Below are positions 8,674 to 16,729 of a DNA stretch of 32,000 nt, piece after piece. A model generated the notes under the pieces. That model saw only the letters and a list, made by a program, of their open reading frames with translations. It was not told the DNA's origin and did not search any database. How positions within the stretch are numbered: position 1 is the stretch's first letter; each line of letters opens with the position of its first letter. Source of the stretch: Desulfobulbus propionicus DSM 2032 (GTDB taxonomy: Bacteria > Desulfobacterota > Desulfobulbia > Desulfobulbales > Desulfobulbaceae); NCBI RefSeq assembly GCF_000186885.1, contig NC_014972.1:2790001-2822000 (forward strand). The letters run 5' to 3'. A program made the translations under genes and the position numbers.

Positions 8674-10235
8674 TCGGCCACCTCCAGCCGTCCGGCCAGG
8701 TTGCCGAGCAGATCCAGCCGGGCCATGATCTCGCCGAGCTGTTCGGGTTGGCTGGTTGCCAGGAGATCGATCAGCTGCTCGCGGAACTGCTCCAGGCTCT
8801 CGGCCTGTTCCAGCAGGGACTCGGCCCGGGTGATCAGGTTGGCGGCCGGACCGGCCGACTCGGTCTTGACCCATTGCAGCAGGGTCGACTCCAAAGGGTT
8901 CTTATCCAACTCCCGGCTGTTCTTGGCGGCCTCAACCGGTTCCGGTTGAACGGGTTGTTTATCAGCAGTCTCAACGGCTGCCGGTTGTTCCGCTGGTGGG
9001 GGAGTTCCTAAACAGTCCGCGCCCTCTTCCGGATCCGGCAGCCCCAGCTTGTCGCGGACCACCGATTGCTCGACCTTCAGCCCCAGGGGCACCAGCTTCT
9101 CCAGGGCGGTGACCAGCAGCTGGGTATCCTCCGGCTCCACCGCCTTGATGAGCAGCTCCGGATACTGTTCCTGCGGTCCCCAGTTGAGATCGATGAACGG
9201 CCGGACCAGGTCGCGGTTGATGGTCTCGGAGAGCTGGGTGGCATCATCGTCGCGGATATCTTCCCGCACCTCAGCCTGGGCATCCTCGTTGCCCAGTTTG
9301 CCGGCTGTCCCTTGCGTGGTGGCGGTCTGGCCGAGGATCCCCCGGCTGACCTGGGCATCGAGCCAGTCCGCCAGCTTGTTGAACAGTTCGTGGCCACCGG
9401 TGACCTTGGCGCTCTCGACAAACTCGATCAGCATCGACTCCGGAATCACTGCCGCCGCATCGCTGCCCAGGTTGGCCACCGCAGCTTTCAGGATAGCGAT
9501 GTCTTCCTTGGACGCACCGGGCTGATACTTGCCGACCCGCAGCGGCATGCCGAAGACCTCGGCAAAGGCTAGCCAGTCCTTCACCGTGTAGTTCTTGCAC
9601 ATCCACGCCCAGGCAGCCACGCGGGCGATCCCGCCGCGAATGGGGATGCCGGTCTTCAAATGCGGCAAGTGGCAGATGAACTTGAACGGGGCCAGATCGA
9701 TACCTTCCGCCACATTCTGCTCATCAAGCAGTCTGAGGCGCCTTCGGGAAGCCCGATCAAAGGTGAAAAAGCGGGGATCGCGCCACTCATACCCCACCGG
9801 CCGCCATCTGGCGCCACGCGACCAGAGGATCTCGCACACCGAGAACCCCTTGCCGATGGCATCGAGCAGGTCCTTGAGCAAGCCACGGAAACCGGCCTGT
9901 TTCACAAGTGCCCGCACCTCGTCGGCCAACTGCACATCCTGGGGTTCATCACTGGCTGCTTCCACCGTGATCGGCAAGGAGGCCACGGCCAACTTGCGTT
10001 TGGAAATCTCGCAGCGGTAGTGCAGATCCCGCTCCTCCATCTCCTCGGCAAGCGTCAGGTACTCGCTGATCTCGCCTTCGGCGGCCCGTTGCAATAGCCC
10101 AGCCAACCGGTACGGGGTCAGGCCCGAGGCCACGGTCACGTCCCAGACGCTGCGGATCCCGGCCAGGCTGGGTGCGGCCAGTTCCTGGGTCAGGGTTCGG
10201 GTTGTGACCGGTCGGTTAAGATAGTCGTAGATCAC
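8670..10235 (-). CDS. Mu gp29-like portal protein (DUF935)
   Basis: 521 aa, GIRSVWDVTVASGLTPYRLAGLLQRAAEGEISEYLTLAEEMEERDLHYRCEISKRKLAVASLPITVEAAS... Confidence 0.92.
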   Translation of the reverse strand: MIYDYLNRPVTTRTLTQELAAPSLAGIRSVWDVTVASGLTPYRLAGLLQRAAEGEISEYLTLAEEMEERDLHYRCEISKRKLAVASLPITVEAASDEPQDVQLADEVRALVKQAGFRGLLKDLLDAIGKGFSVCEILWSRGARWRPVGYEWRDPRFFTFDRASRRRLRLLDEQNVAEGIDLAPFKFICHLPHLKTGIPIRGGIARVAAWAWMCKNYTVKDWLAFAEVFGMPLRVGKYQPGASKEDIAILKAAVANLGSDAAAVIPESMLIEFVESAKVTGGHELFNKLADWLDAQVSRGILGQTATTQGTAGKLGNEDAQAEVREDIRDDDATQLSETINRDLVRPFIDLNWGPQEQYPELLIKAVEPEDTQLLVTALEKLVPLGLKVEQSVVRDKLGLPDPEEGADCLGTPPPAEQPAAVETADKQPVQPEPVEAAKNSRELDKNPLESTLLQWVKTESAGPAANLITRAESLLEQAESLEQFREQLIDLLATSQPEQLGEIMARLDLLGNLAGRLEVAE

Positions 10236-11758
10236 CAGGTCCCCTCCATGGTGCCGAAGCCCGCAGTTGTCCGGATGTGCCGGTCACCTGGTTCAAAGTC
10301 CCGTTTGCGCACCGGATGGTAAGCGTACTCGGTGATCTCCATCCTGGTGGCCGAGATGGCCAGGGCCAGGGCAATGGCCGCGTCACCATGGCGCTGCCGG
10401 CCGTCAGCGCCCTTGTTCTTGGTGTCCGGCAGCTTGGCCACACCCCGGATCATCTTGATCGCCCGGTAATCGTCGAGATGGTCGGCATCCTTGGCCACTT
10501 CCACGGTGCCGTCCTCGAAGAACGATTTGAACCGGGGCATCTCGTCGCGGTACCAGGCCTCGGACAGCATCACCTGCTCGATCCGGCCAGTTCCGTAGCG
10601 CTGCATGGCCCGCTCGGCCAGATACTGGCCGTTGCCACGGGCATCGAACTTGCCGAAGCTGAACCGGGGCAATCGATCAAGGATGAAGAAAATGATCAGC
10701 TCCTGTTCCTTGAACGGCACATTGGACAGCTCCACCACAAAGGGCTGGCGATAGGTCAGGTTCTCCTGCTCGGCCAAGGGGGAGAGCACGGTCAGGTCAC
10801 CCAGGCGGGCAAAGTCTTCGCCGGCGTAGTGCCGCCGCTTCGGATCCAGCTTGGCGAGCAGCGGCGCCAGCTGCTCCTCGCACCACTCCAAGGCCTCGGC
10901 CTCGCGGAGAGGATCGGGCTGCAGGGCGAACTCGTTGGTGCAGGCCCAACGCAGGATCGGGATATCGTCGCGCATGCAGCGTTCGATGATCACCCGGGGC
11001 AGGAAGGCACCGGATCCCTGGCTAGGGATGCAGAACAGTTCCTCGTCGGCGCCGCTGCCGTATTGAGCAATCAGTTTCTCTCTCCACTGGTCCTCGGCCT
11101 CCTGCGACCATGGCTTGCCCAGGCGCAGGCAGATGCGCTCATACAGGCCTTCCGCCAGGGCATCGTCGATGGTGACCCGGTGTAGGCTGTACGGCTTCTT
11201 GCCGGCCCGGACCTCGTTGATCACCTCATTGAATGGATTGGTGTCGCCATCATGGGTGGAGATGATCACCACCCGCCCGCCCCACATCAACAGGGCCATG
11301 GCTGCCTTGATCAGCTCGCTCAGGTTGTCGTGAAAGGCGGCTTCGTCGATGACTACCTTGCCCTGCTTGCCGCGCAGGTTGGACGGCCTGCTCGACAGGG
11401 CCACGATCTTGTGACCCGAGGCGCAACGGATCCTGAAAGCGAGGATGTCTTTGTCTTCGTCCGCCAAGACGAACTCCTCCACCGCTGAGGCCGCCTTGTT
11501 GAAATGCCCCAGCCAGTCGCCGCAGTCCTCGATGAACTCCTGGGCCATGTCCTTGTTGTAGCCGATGTACCACACGTCCATGCCGCTCCGGCTGGCTGCC
11601 AGCAAGGCATCGTCCGCCGCCTCTGCCCAGGACAGGCCGATACGTCGGGACTTCTCGATGATCTTGACCTCGCCCTGGTCTTCCAGCCACCGTTGCTGAT
11701 ACGGCAGCAGGGCCATGGGCGCGCGGTTGGTTCTATCTTCCTTGGTAAAAGTACTCAT
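10232..11758 (-). CDS. Mu gp28-like terminase large subunit
   Basis: 508 aa, ALLPYQQRWLEDQGEVKIIEKSRRIGLSWAEAADDAL...GKQGKVVIDEAAFHD. Confidence 0.93.
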   Translation of the reverse strand: MSTFTKEDRTNRAPMALLPYQQRWLEDQGEVKIIEKSRRIGLSWAEAADDALLAASRSGMDVWYIGYNKDMAQEFIEDCGDWLGHFNKAASAVEEFVLADEDKDILAFRIRCASGHKIVALSSRPSNLRGKQGKVVIDEAAFHDNLSELIKAAMALLMWGGRVVIISTHDGDTNPFNEVINEVRAGKKPYSLHRVTIDDALAEGLYERICLRLGKPWSQEAEDQWREKLIAQYGSGADEELFCIPSQGSGAFLPRVIIERCMRDDIPILRWACTNEFALQPDPLREAEALEWCEEQLAPLLAKLDPKRRHYAGEDFARLGDLTVLSPLAEQENLTYRQPFVVELSNVPFKEQELIIFFILDRLPRFSFGKFDARGNGQYLAERAMQRYGTGRIEQVMLSEAWYRDEMPRFKSFFEDGTVEVAKDADHLDDYRAIKMIRGVAKLPDTKNKGADGRQRHGDAAIALALAISATRMEITEYAYHPVRKRDFEPGDRHIRTTAGFGTMEGTW

Positions 11759-12369
11759 CAGTGCTTCAACCCCAGGATCTGGCGGCGGATCGCTTCGGCG
11801 GCCTCATCGGACAATCCGCCGGGCGTGACGTGCTCATCGATCGAAGCCGCTCTCTTGCTGTCGAGCAATTCCATGGCCGTCATCAACTCCTTGATTGCCC
11901 CCAGGGTGATGGCCCCCGGCTGGTTGACCAAGGCCGCAATCCGAGCCTGCACCGCCGTGCGCAGGGCTTCGACCATATCCCCGCCCTCAGGCAAATGGTC
12001 GGTGGCGGCTCCGTCCGGCATTGCGATGGCTGCATTGGGGGCAGCTCCCCGCTCCCGCGCCTCGGCCTCGATCAGCTTGCCGGAGTTGACCAGAGCGCCA
12101 AAGGCATAGGCCTTTTGGGCGTCCTCGGTCTCAATCACCGACTCGATCAGCTTTGCTTTGGCGAGCATCACCCCCCGGCGCACCGACACCTGGGCCTGGC
12201 GGTACTCCCGTCGCCGTTCGGGCCAGGTGGGTTGGGAATCGGCGGACCACCGCTTGAGCTGGGAAACGGACACCCCGGTCCGCTCCGCCACCTGCTCAAA
12301 GGTGAGGCCGTCGATGATGTACAACTCCTCGGCAGCCTCTATGGTCTCCCAACCGTAGCTCTCCGGCAT
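11758..12369 (-). CDS. Mu gp27-like / DUF1804-like protein, probable small terminase
   Basis: 203 aa with N-terminal HTH (LYIIDGLTFEQVAERTGVSVSQLKRWSAD), directly upstream of terminase large subunit. Confidence 0.75.
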   Translation of the reverse strand: MPESYGWETIEAAEELYIIDGLTFEQVAERTGVSVSQLKRWSADSQPTWPERRREYRQAQVSVRRGVMLAKAKLIESVIETEDAQKAYAFGALVNSGKLIEAEARERGAAPNAAIAMPDGAATDHLPEGGDMVEALRTAVQARIAALVNQPGAITLGAIKELMTAMELLDSKRAASIDEHVTPGGLSDEAAEAIRRQILGLKH

Positions 12370-12372
12370 TGT

Positions 12373-12630
12373 TTAGTTCCCCGCCATCCCCAGGGCTCGC
12401 TTGAGGGCCGCTATCTCTTCCCGCAATCCCATGTACTCGGCATGCTTGCCGGCCAGTTCCACAGCCTGCGCCGCCGCCTGGTCTGGCCTGATCTCGTGCA
12501 GCGGTGCGAACGGCTCCAGAGCCAGGCGTACGGCATGAATGTCGCCCTGCATCGAGGACTCCAATTGCCGCAGCCGTTGTTCCTTCTCCGCCAGCAGGCC
12601 GCGCCGGGTCAGTCGTTCGTTATCCAACAT
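12373..12630 (-). CDS. Mu gp26-like small protein
   Basis: 85 aa helical ORF in the position of Mu gp26; overlaps neighbours. Confidence 0.5.
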   Translation of the reverse strand: MLDNERLTRRGLLAEKEQRLRQLESSMQGDIHAVRLALEPFAPLHEIRPDQAAAQAVELAGKHAEYMGLREEIAALKRALGMAGN

Positions 12631-13030
12631 GTCTGCCTCCCTTGAGCAGGTGCCCGTCGATCCGGTCGACCAGCTTGGTCATGGACTGGGTGTTGAGGTG
12701 AATGATCCCGGCCAGGTCGTTGGCCAGCTTCTCGTAGCCCTGCACCAGGATGACGTTGTTCTCGTAGTTGCGGACCACCTCTTCAAACCGCTTCTCCTGG
12801 GCACCGATCATCTGCATCACCATCTCGCGGAAGCCGGCGATGTCCTCCCGGTGTTTGATCTCCCGGTCCGCTTCAATCTGTACCGCGCTCAATCGGGAGC
12901 GTTCCGCCCTGCGGTGGTCGAGGTACATGAAGGCCATGATCACCGTTGGGGCCAGCATGCAGATGATCAGCAGTCCCGGTGCGCCCAGGGTGGTGATCAG
13001 GGTGTTGATGAGGCTCAGTTCTCCGCTCAA
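12620..13030 (-). CDS. single-TM coiled-coil phage protein, lysis/holin-associated candidate
   Basis: 136 aa; N-terminal TM GAPGLLIICMLAPTVIMAFMYLDHRR then helical domain. Confidence 0.5.
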   Translation of the reverse strand: MSGELSLINTLITTLGAPGLLIICMLAPTVIMAFMYLDHRRAERSRLSAVQIEADREIKHREDIAGFREMVMQMIGAQEKRFEEVVRNYENNVILVQGYEKLANDLAGIIHLNTQSMTKLVDRIDGHLLKGGRHVG

Positions 13031-13056
13031 CGTGGTCTCCTCCCCCGGCTCCCCGA

Positions 13057-13079
13057 GGGACAGAATTTATTTTTGTCCC
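13057..13079. repeat. REP-like palindrome
   Basis: GGGACAgaatttattttTGTCCC, 6-bp arms, overlapping the end of the DksA-like gene. Confidence 0.45.
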
Positions 13080-13276
13080 CGGCTTTCTTGTATGCGTTGG
13101 CAGCAGATGCACCGGGTGCAGCCCTTGGCCGCCTTCCGTCGTGCATCGGGGATCGGTTCCCCGCAGTCCTCGCACTCCAGGGCCGACTCGCCTTGGGGCC
13201 GGGTATCAAGATGGTGTTTGAGGACCATCCGCTGGAACAGCTCCTGGTTCTGCTGGGCGAGATCTCCCTCGTCCAT
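13067..13276 (-). CDS. TraR/DksA-family zinc finger protein
   Basis: 69 aa, MDEGDLAQQNQELFQRMVLKHHLDTRPQGESALECEDCGEPIPDARRKAAKGCTRCICCQRIQESRGQK; CxxC...CxxC zinc motif. The track start at 13480 is too long. Confidence 0.85.
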   Translation of the reverse strand: MDEGDLAQQNQELFQRMVLKHHLDTRPQGESALECEDCGEPIPDARRKAAKGCTRCICCQRIQESRGQK

Positions 13277-13458
13277 CAGACGGCTTTTTTCTCGATCTTG
13301 TGGCCAAGGCCGACCAAACCGAGCCCCAGGACAATGCGTTCCAGGCCGCCCTCGAGGTTGCCGTTGGCGATCTCGACGATCCCGAGAAGCAACAAACCTG
13401 CCGCTGCAGCCCAGGTCTTCCATCCGGTCATCATGTTGAGGTTGTTCGCGAAATTCAT
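13276..13458 (-). CDS. small membrane protein, holin candidate
   Basis: 60 aa, MNFANNLNMMTGWKTWAAAAGLLLLGIVEIANGNLEGGLERIVLGLGLVGLGHKIEKKAV; adjacent to endolysin, stop overlaps next start. Confidence 0.6.
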   Translation of the reverse strand: MNFANNLNMMTGWKTWAAAAGLLLLGIVEIANGNLEGGLERIVLGLGLVGLGHKIEKKAV

Positions 13459-13493
13459 GGGTGCTCCGTTGGGTTGACATGTACTGTCGGCGC

Positions 13494-14039
13494 TTAGGTG
13501 CGACCGAACACGCCGGGAAAGTCCTCGTGCTGGCTCCAGGCCTTGTAATGAAGGTATTGCTCGCCGTTCTGACAGCGAACCAGGAGGCGCGGCGAACGTT
13601 TGCGCAGGCACATCGTGACCGCCTGCAGGGTTTTGGGACCCATGATGCCGTCCACCACCAGGTCCGGGTAGAACCGTTCTCGTGCGTTGAGGGCGTTCAA
13701 GGCCCGCTGGAGGAACTTGGTCCCGTTGCCCGGTCCGCAGTTGACCGAAGCTTCGAACAACTCCTCGGCAACTTCCGGACTGACCACGTCGATGTGGTCA
13801 CAGCTCAGCGGCTGCCAGAACTCGGTGCGGTAGAACTCACGCACCAGATCGGTCAGGCCAGGCGCCAAAGACAAGGCGTGGCCCGCATGCAGGCAAGCGT
13901 CGATAATCGGCCAGCCCTCCCAAAGAGGATGCTTGTTGCGGGCGATGCCCATGTAGGTCTCACCACCCTTGTCCTTGGGGTTGTTGCTGTAGCCGCCCTC
14001 GTGTTGCAGGGTGGCGGCAAATGCGCGAGCAAAGCTCAT
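13494..14039 (-). CDS. endolysin, glycoside hydrolase family 108-like (N-acetylmuramidase)
   Basis: 181 aa, FARAFAATLQHEGGYSNNPKDKGGETYMGIARNKHP...EFYRTEFWQPL...ALNARERFYPDLVVDGIMGPKTLQAV. Confidence 0.88.
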   Translation of the reverse strand: MSFARAFAATLQHEGGYSNNPKDKGGETYMGIARNKHPLWEGWPIIDACLHAGHALSLAPGLTDLVREFYRTEFWQPLSCDHIDVVSPEVAEELFEASVNCGPGNGTKFLQRALNALNARERFYPDLVVDGIMGPKTLQAVTMCLRKRSPRLLVRCQNGEQYLHYKAWSQHEDFPGVFGRT

Positions 14040-14376
14040 GGGGCCTCATCTGGCATGGGGTATCTTTCCTTTAAGGAAGAGGCAGGCCGTGTGGCCCGCC
14101 CCTATCCATGGGCAAGGAGAATGCATGGCGTCCAAACCATGTTGACGAGGGAACTATAGAGGAGAGGGCAGACAGCAATAAGTCTGCGCTGGAGCAGTGG
14201 TGAAAGTGCAAAATTTTATGATCACCACCCGGTCCGGGGTGATCCGGTTGGTGAAAGTTGACTAGGAAGATGTGGAAGACAGGAGGGGGGACCGGGGCAT
14301 ACGATTGAGGAAGTGCTGATGCAGCGCTATTCGCTCAATTTCGAGGTTGACTTAAAAACGGAGGGCTCAAGTTGAG

Positions 14377-14398
14377 CAATAGGTAAATTTACCTATTG
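14377..14398. promoter_or_regulatory. 22-bp perfect palindrome upstream of the cargo operon
   Basis: CAATAGGTAAATTTACCTATTG is its own reverse complement; candidate operator. Confidence 0.55.
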
Positions 14399-14513
14399 AG
14401 ATTCAACGGTTGTCAACGACACTTTCAAGTGGTAGACAATCTCGACCTCATGCCTTTTTTCATGAAAATCAAGAAAACCGTGGTGCGCAGGACTGTTCGA
14501 GTACAACACAGAG

Positions 14514-16697
14514 ATGAATGGCAATGCATCAACAAGCCAAGAAAATGGAACGGCGATGACTCAAAAGCTGCAAGAAATAATTAAAGACAGTGCATACAAC
14601 CTTAGTCAATTCAAGCCTGAACAGATTTCAGCCTTGGAATCCGCAATAAGCATCAAGGGTTCCGGCACAAAAGCAGCTCCCTATGTAACGTGCCTGATGC
14701 GAGGCAAACCGATCAAGCTCACTCCGGAAGAAACCATTCGGCAACTCTACCTTATGGTACTCCGTGACGATCTGGGATACCCCGTGAGTCGCATGGCCGT
14801 CGAATATGAGGTGACTTTTGGGCGTGAGAAGAAACGTGCCGACATCTGCATCTTTGACAAGGACAAGACCAACACGCCATACATCCTGGTCGAACTAAAA
14901 AAACCGAAACTCAAGGACGGCAAGGAACAGCTCAAGAGCTACTGCAACGCCACCGGTGCACCGATGGGCGTATGGACCAACGGACAGCAGATTTCTTACT
15001 ACCATCGCAGGGACCCAAACTATTTTGAAGACATCCCCGCTATCCCTTCGGCCCATGAAAAACTGTCGGACATCCTCTCCGAGCGCTGGACGATCGATGA
15101 CCTGATTAAACTCGACAAACTGGTCAACGAGAAAAAGTCCCTGAAAGACCTGATCCTCGAAATGGAAGACGAGGTGCTCGCCAACGCGGGCGTGGACGTG
15201 TTCGAGGAGATGTTCAAGCTCATTTTCACCAAACTCTATGATGAGTTGGAAGGCGGGCGCGACAAGAAGCGCCATCTAGTTTTCAAAAACTACGGCGACA
15301 CCGAAACCGAACTCAAGGCCAAGATTCAGGATCTGTTTGACAAGGCTTGCGCCAAATGGGAAGGCGTTTTCCCGGAGAACGTTAAGATAGACCTCACCCC
15401 GAGCCACCTGGCAGTGTGCGTTTCTTCCCTGGAAAAGGTCAAGCTGTTCAATTCCAACCTGGAAGTAGTCGATGAGGCGTTCGAATACCTCATCAACAAG
15501 TCCAGCAAGGGTGAAAAGGGTCAATATTTCACTCCGCGCTATGTCATCGACATGTGTGTGAAGATGCTCAATCCGCAAGCGCATGAAACCCTGATCGATA
15601 CGGCCGCCGGGAGTTGTGGCTTTCCTGTACATGGTATCTTTTATGTCTGGGAACAGATCATGAAAGAAGAAGGGCTCGCAAAGAGTCATCTCTTCACCAC
15701 GGATAAAAAGCCCGCGCGTTGTGAGGACTATGTCCGCGACAAGGTTTTTGCCATCGACTTTGATGAAAAAGCCGTACGTGTTGGCCGGACACTCAATCTG
15801 ATCGCCGGTGACGGCCAGACCAACGTGCTGCACCTCAACACCCTGGACTACGAACGCTGGGACGAAAAAACCAGCGACGAAACCTGGATAGATATTTACG
15901 GCGAAGGCTGGAAGAAACTGCGCAAGCTACGGCTTGATAAAACCAGCAACCGGGATTTCGGTTTTGATGTACTGATGGCCAACCCGCCCTTTGCCGGTGA
16001 TATCAAAGAAACCAGAATCCTGGCCAAGTACGACCTGGCCCGCTCGGTACGCCTCGACAAAATCGGCAAGGTAGACCCAAAGGACAAGAACATCGTCACC
16101 GCGCATGATCGTGCCCCCAGTTTCACCGAAGCCCTGCATGCCAGCCATGAGGTCATTTATCAAATGGCCGATGGTACCTACCGCAAGGTCAAGGTCAAGA
16201 ACCAGAACAAGGTTGGCCGCGATATCTTGTTCATCGAGCGGAATCTCAATTTTCTCAAACCTGGCGGCCGCATGGCGGTGGTACTGCCACAGGGCCGTTT
16301 CAACAACGCCTCGGACAAGGATTTACGGGAATACCTTGCAGCACACTGCCGCATCCTCGCCGTAGTCGGCCTGCACGGTAATGTGTTTAAGCCACACACC
16401 GGCACCAAGACCAGCGTACTTTTCGTGCAAAAATGGAATGACGATTCAAAAGCCGGTCCGCTTTGTCCGAGGGTGGATGACTATCCGATCTTCTTCGCCA
16501 CCATGCGCGAGCCCAGCAAGGATAATTCCGGTGATAAAATCTACCGGCAAGGGCCGGACGGCTCGCCGCTGCTCGACAGCCACGGACACCTCATCGTCAA
16601 GCATGATCTATTTAATCACGATGGCTTGACCGAGGATGGTATCGCCGATGCCTTTATCGAGTTTGCCAAGAAAGAGGGCCTCAGTTTTTTTCTCTAA
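14514..16697 (+). CDS. fused HsdR_N-type nuclease domain plus N6-adenine DNA methylase (BcgI-A-like R-M subunit)
   Basis: 727 aa (internal ATG at 14556 may be the true start). N-terminus RADICIFDKDKTNTPYILVELKKP resembles a PD-(D/E)xK HsdR_N core; methylase motifs LIDTAAGSCGF and FDVLMANPPF. Confidence 0.85.
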   Translation: MNGNASTSQENGTAMTQKLQEIIKDSAYNLSQFKPEQISALESAISIKGSGTKAAPYVTCLMRGKPIKLTPEETIRQLYLMVLRDDLGYPVSRMAVEYEVTFGREKKRADICIFDKDKTNTPYILVELKKPKLKDGKEQLKSYCNATGAPMGVWTNGQQISYYHRRDPNYFEDIPAIPSAHEKLSDILSERWTIDDLIKLDKLVNEKKSLKDLILEMEDEVLANAGVDVFEEMFKLIFTKLYDELEGGRDKKRHLVFKNYGDTETELKAKIQDLFDKACAKWEGVFPENVKIDLTPSHLAVCVSSLEKVKLFNSNLEVVDEAFEYLINKSSKGEKGQYFTPRYVIDMCVKMLNPQAHETLIDTAAGSCGFPVHGIFYVWEQIMKEEGLAKSHLFTTDKKPARCEDYVRDKVFAIDFDEKAVRVGRTLNLIAGDGQTNVLHLNTLDYERWDEKTSDETWIDIYGEGWKKLRKLRLDKTSNRDFGFDVLMANPPFAGDIKETRILAKYDLARSVRLDKIGKVDPKDKNIVTAHDRAPSFTEALHASHEVIYQMADGTYRKVKVKNQNKVGRDILFIERNLNFLKPGGRMAVVLPQGRFNNASDKDLREYLAAHCRILAVVGLHGNVFKPHTGTKTSVLFVQKWNDDSKAGPLCPRVDDYPIFFATMREPSKDNSGDKIYRQGPDGSPLLDSHGHLIVKHDLFNHDGLTEDGIADAFIEFAKKEGLSFFL

Positions 16698-16729
16698 GCC
16701 CCTTCGACAAGGCGCAGTATGAGCGCCTG

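Noticed and set aside
13067-13480. 137-aa version of the DksA-like ORF
   Set aside because: The N-terminal half overlaps the small membrane gene out of frame and reads as unnatural; ATG at 13276 gives a typical 69-aa TraR/DksA zinc finger protein.
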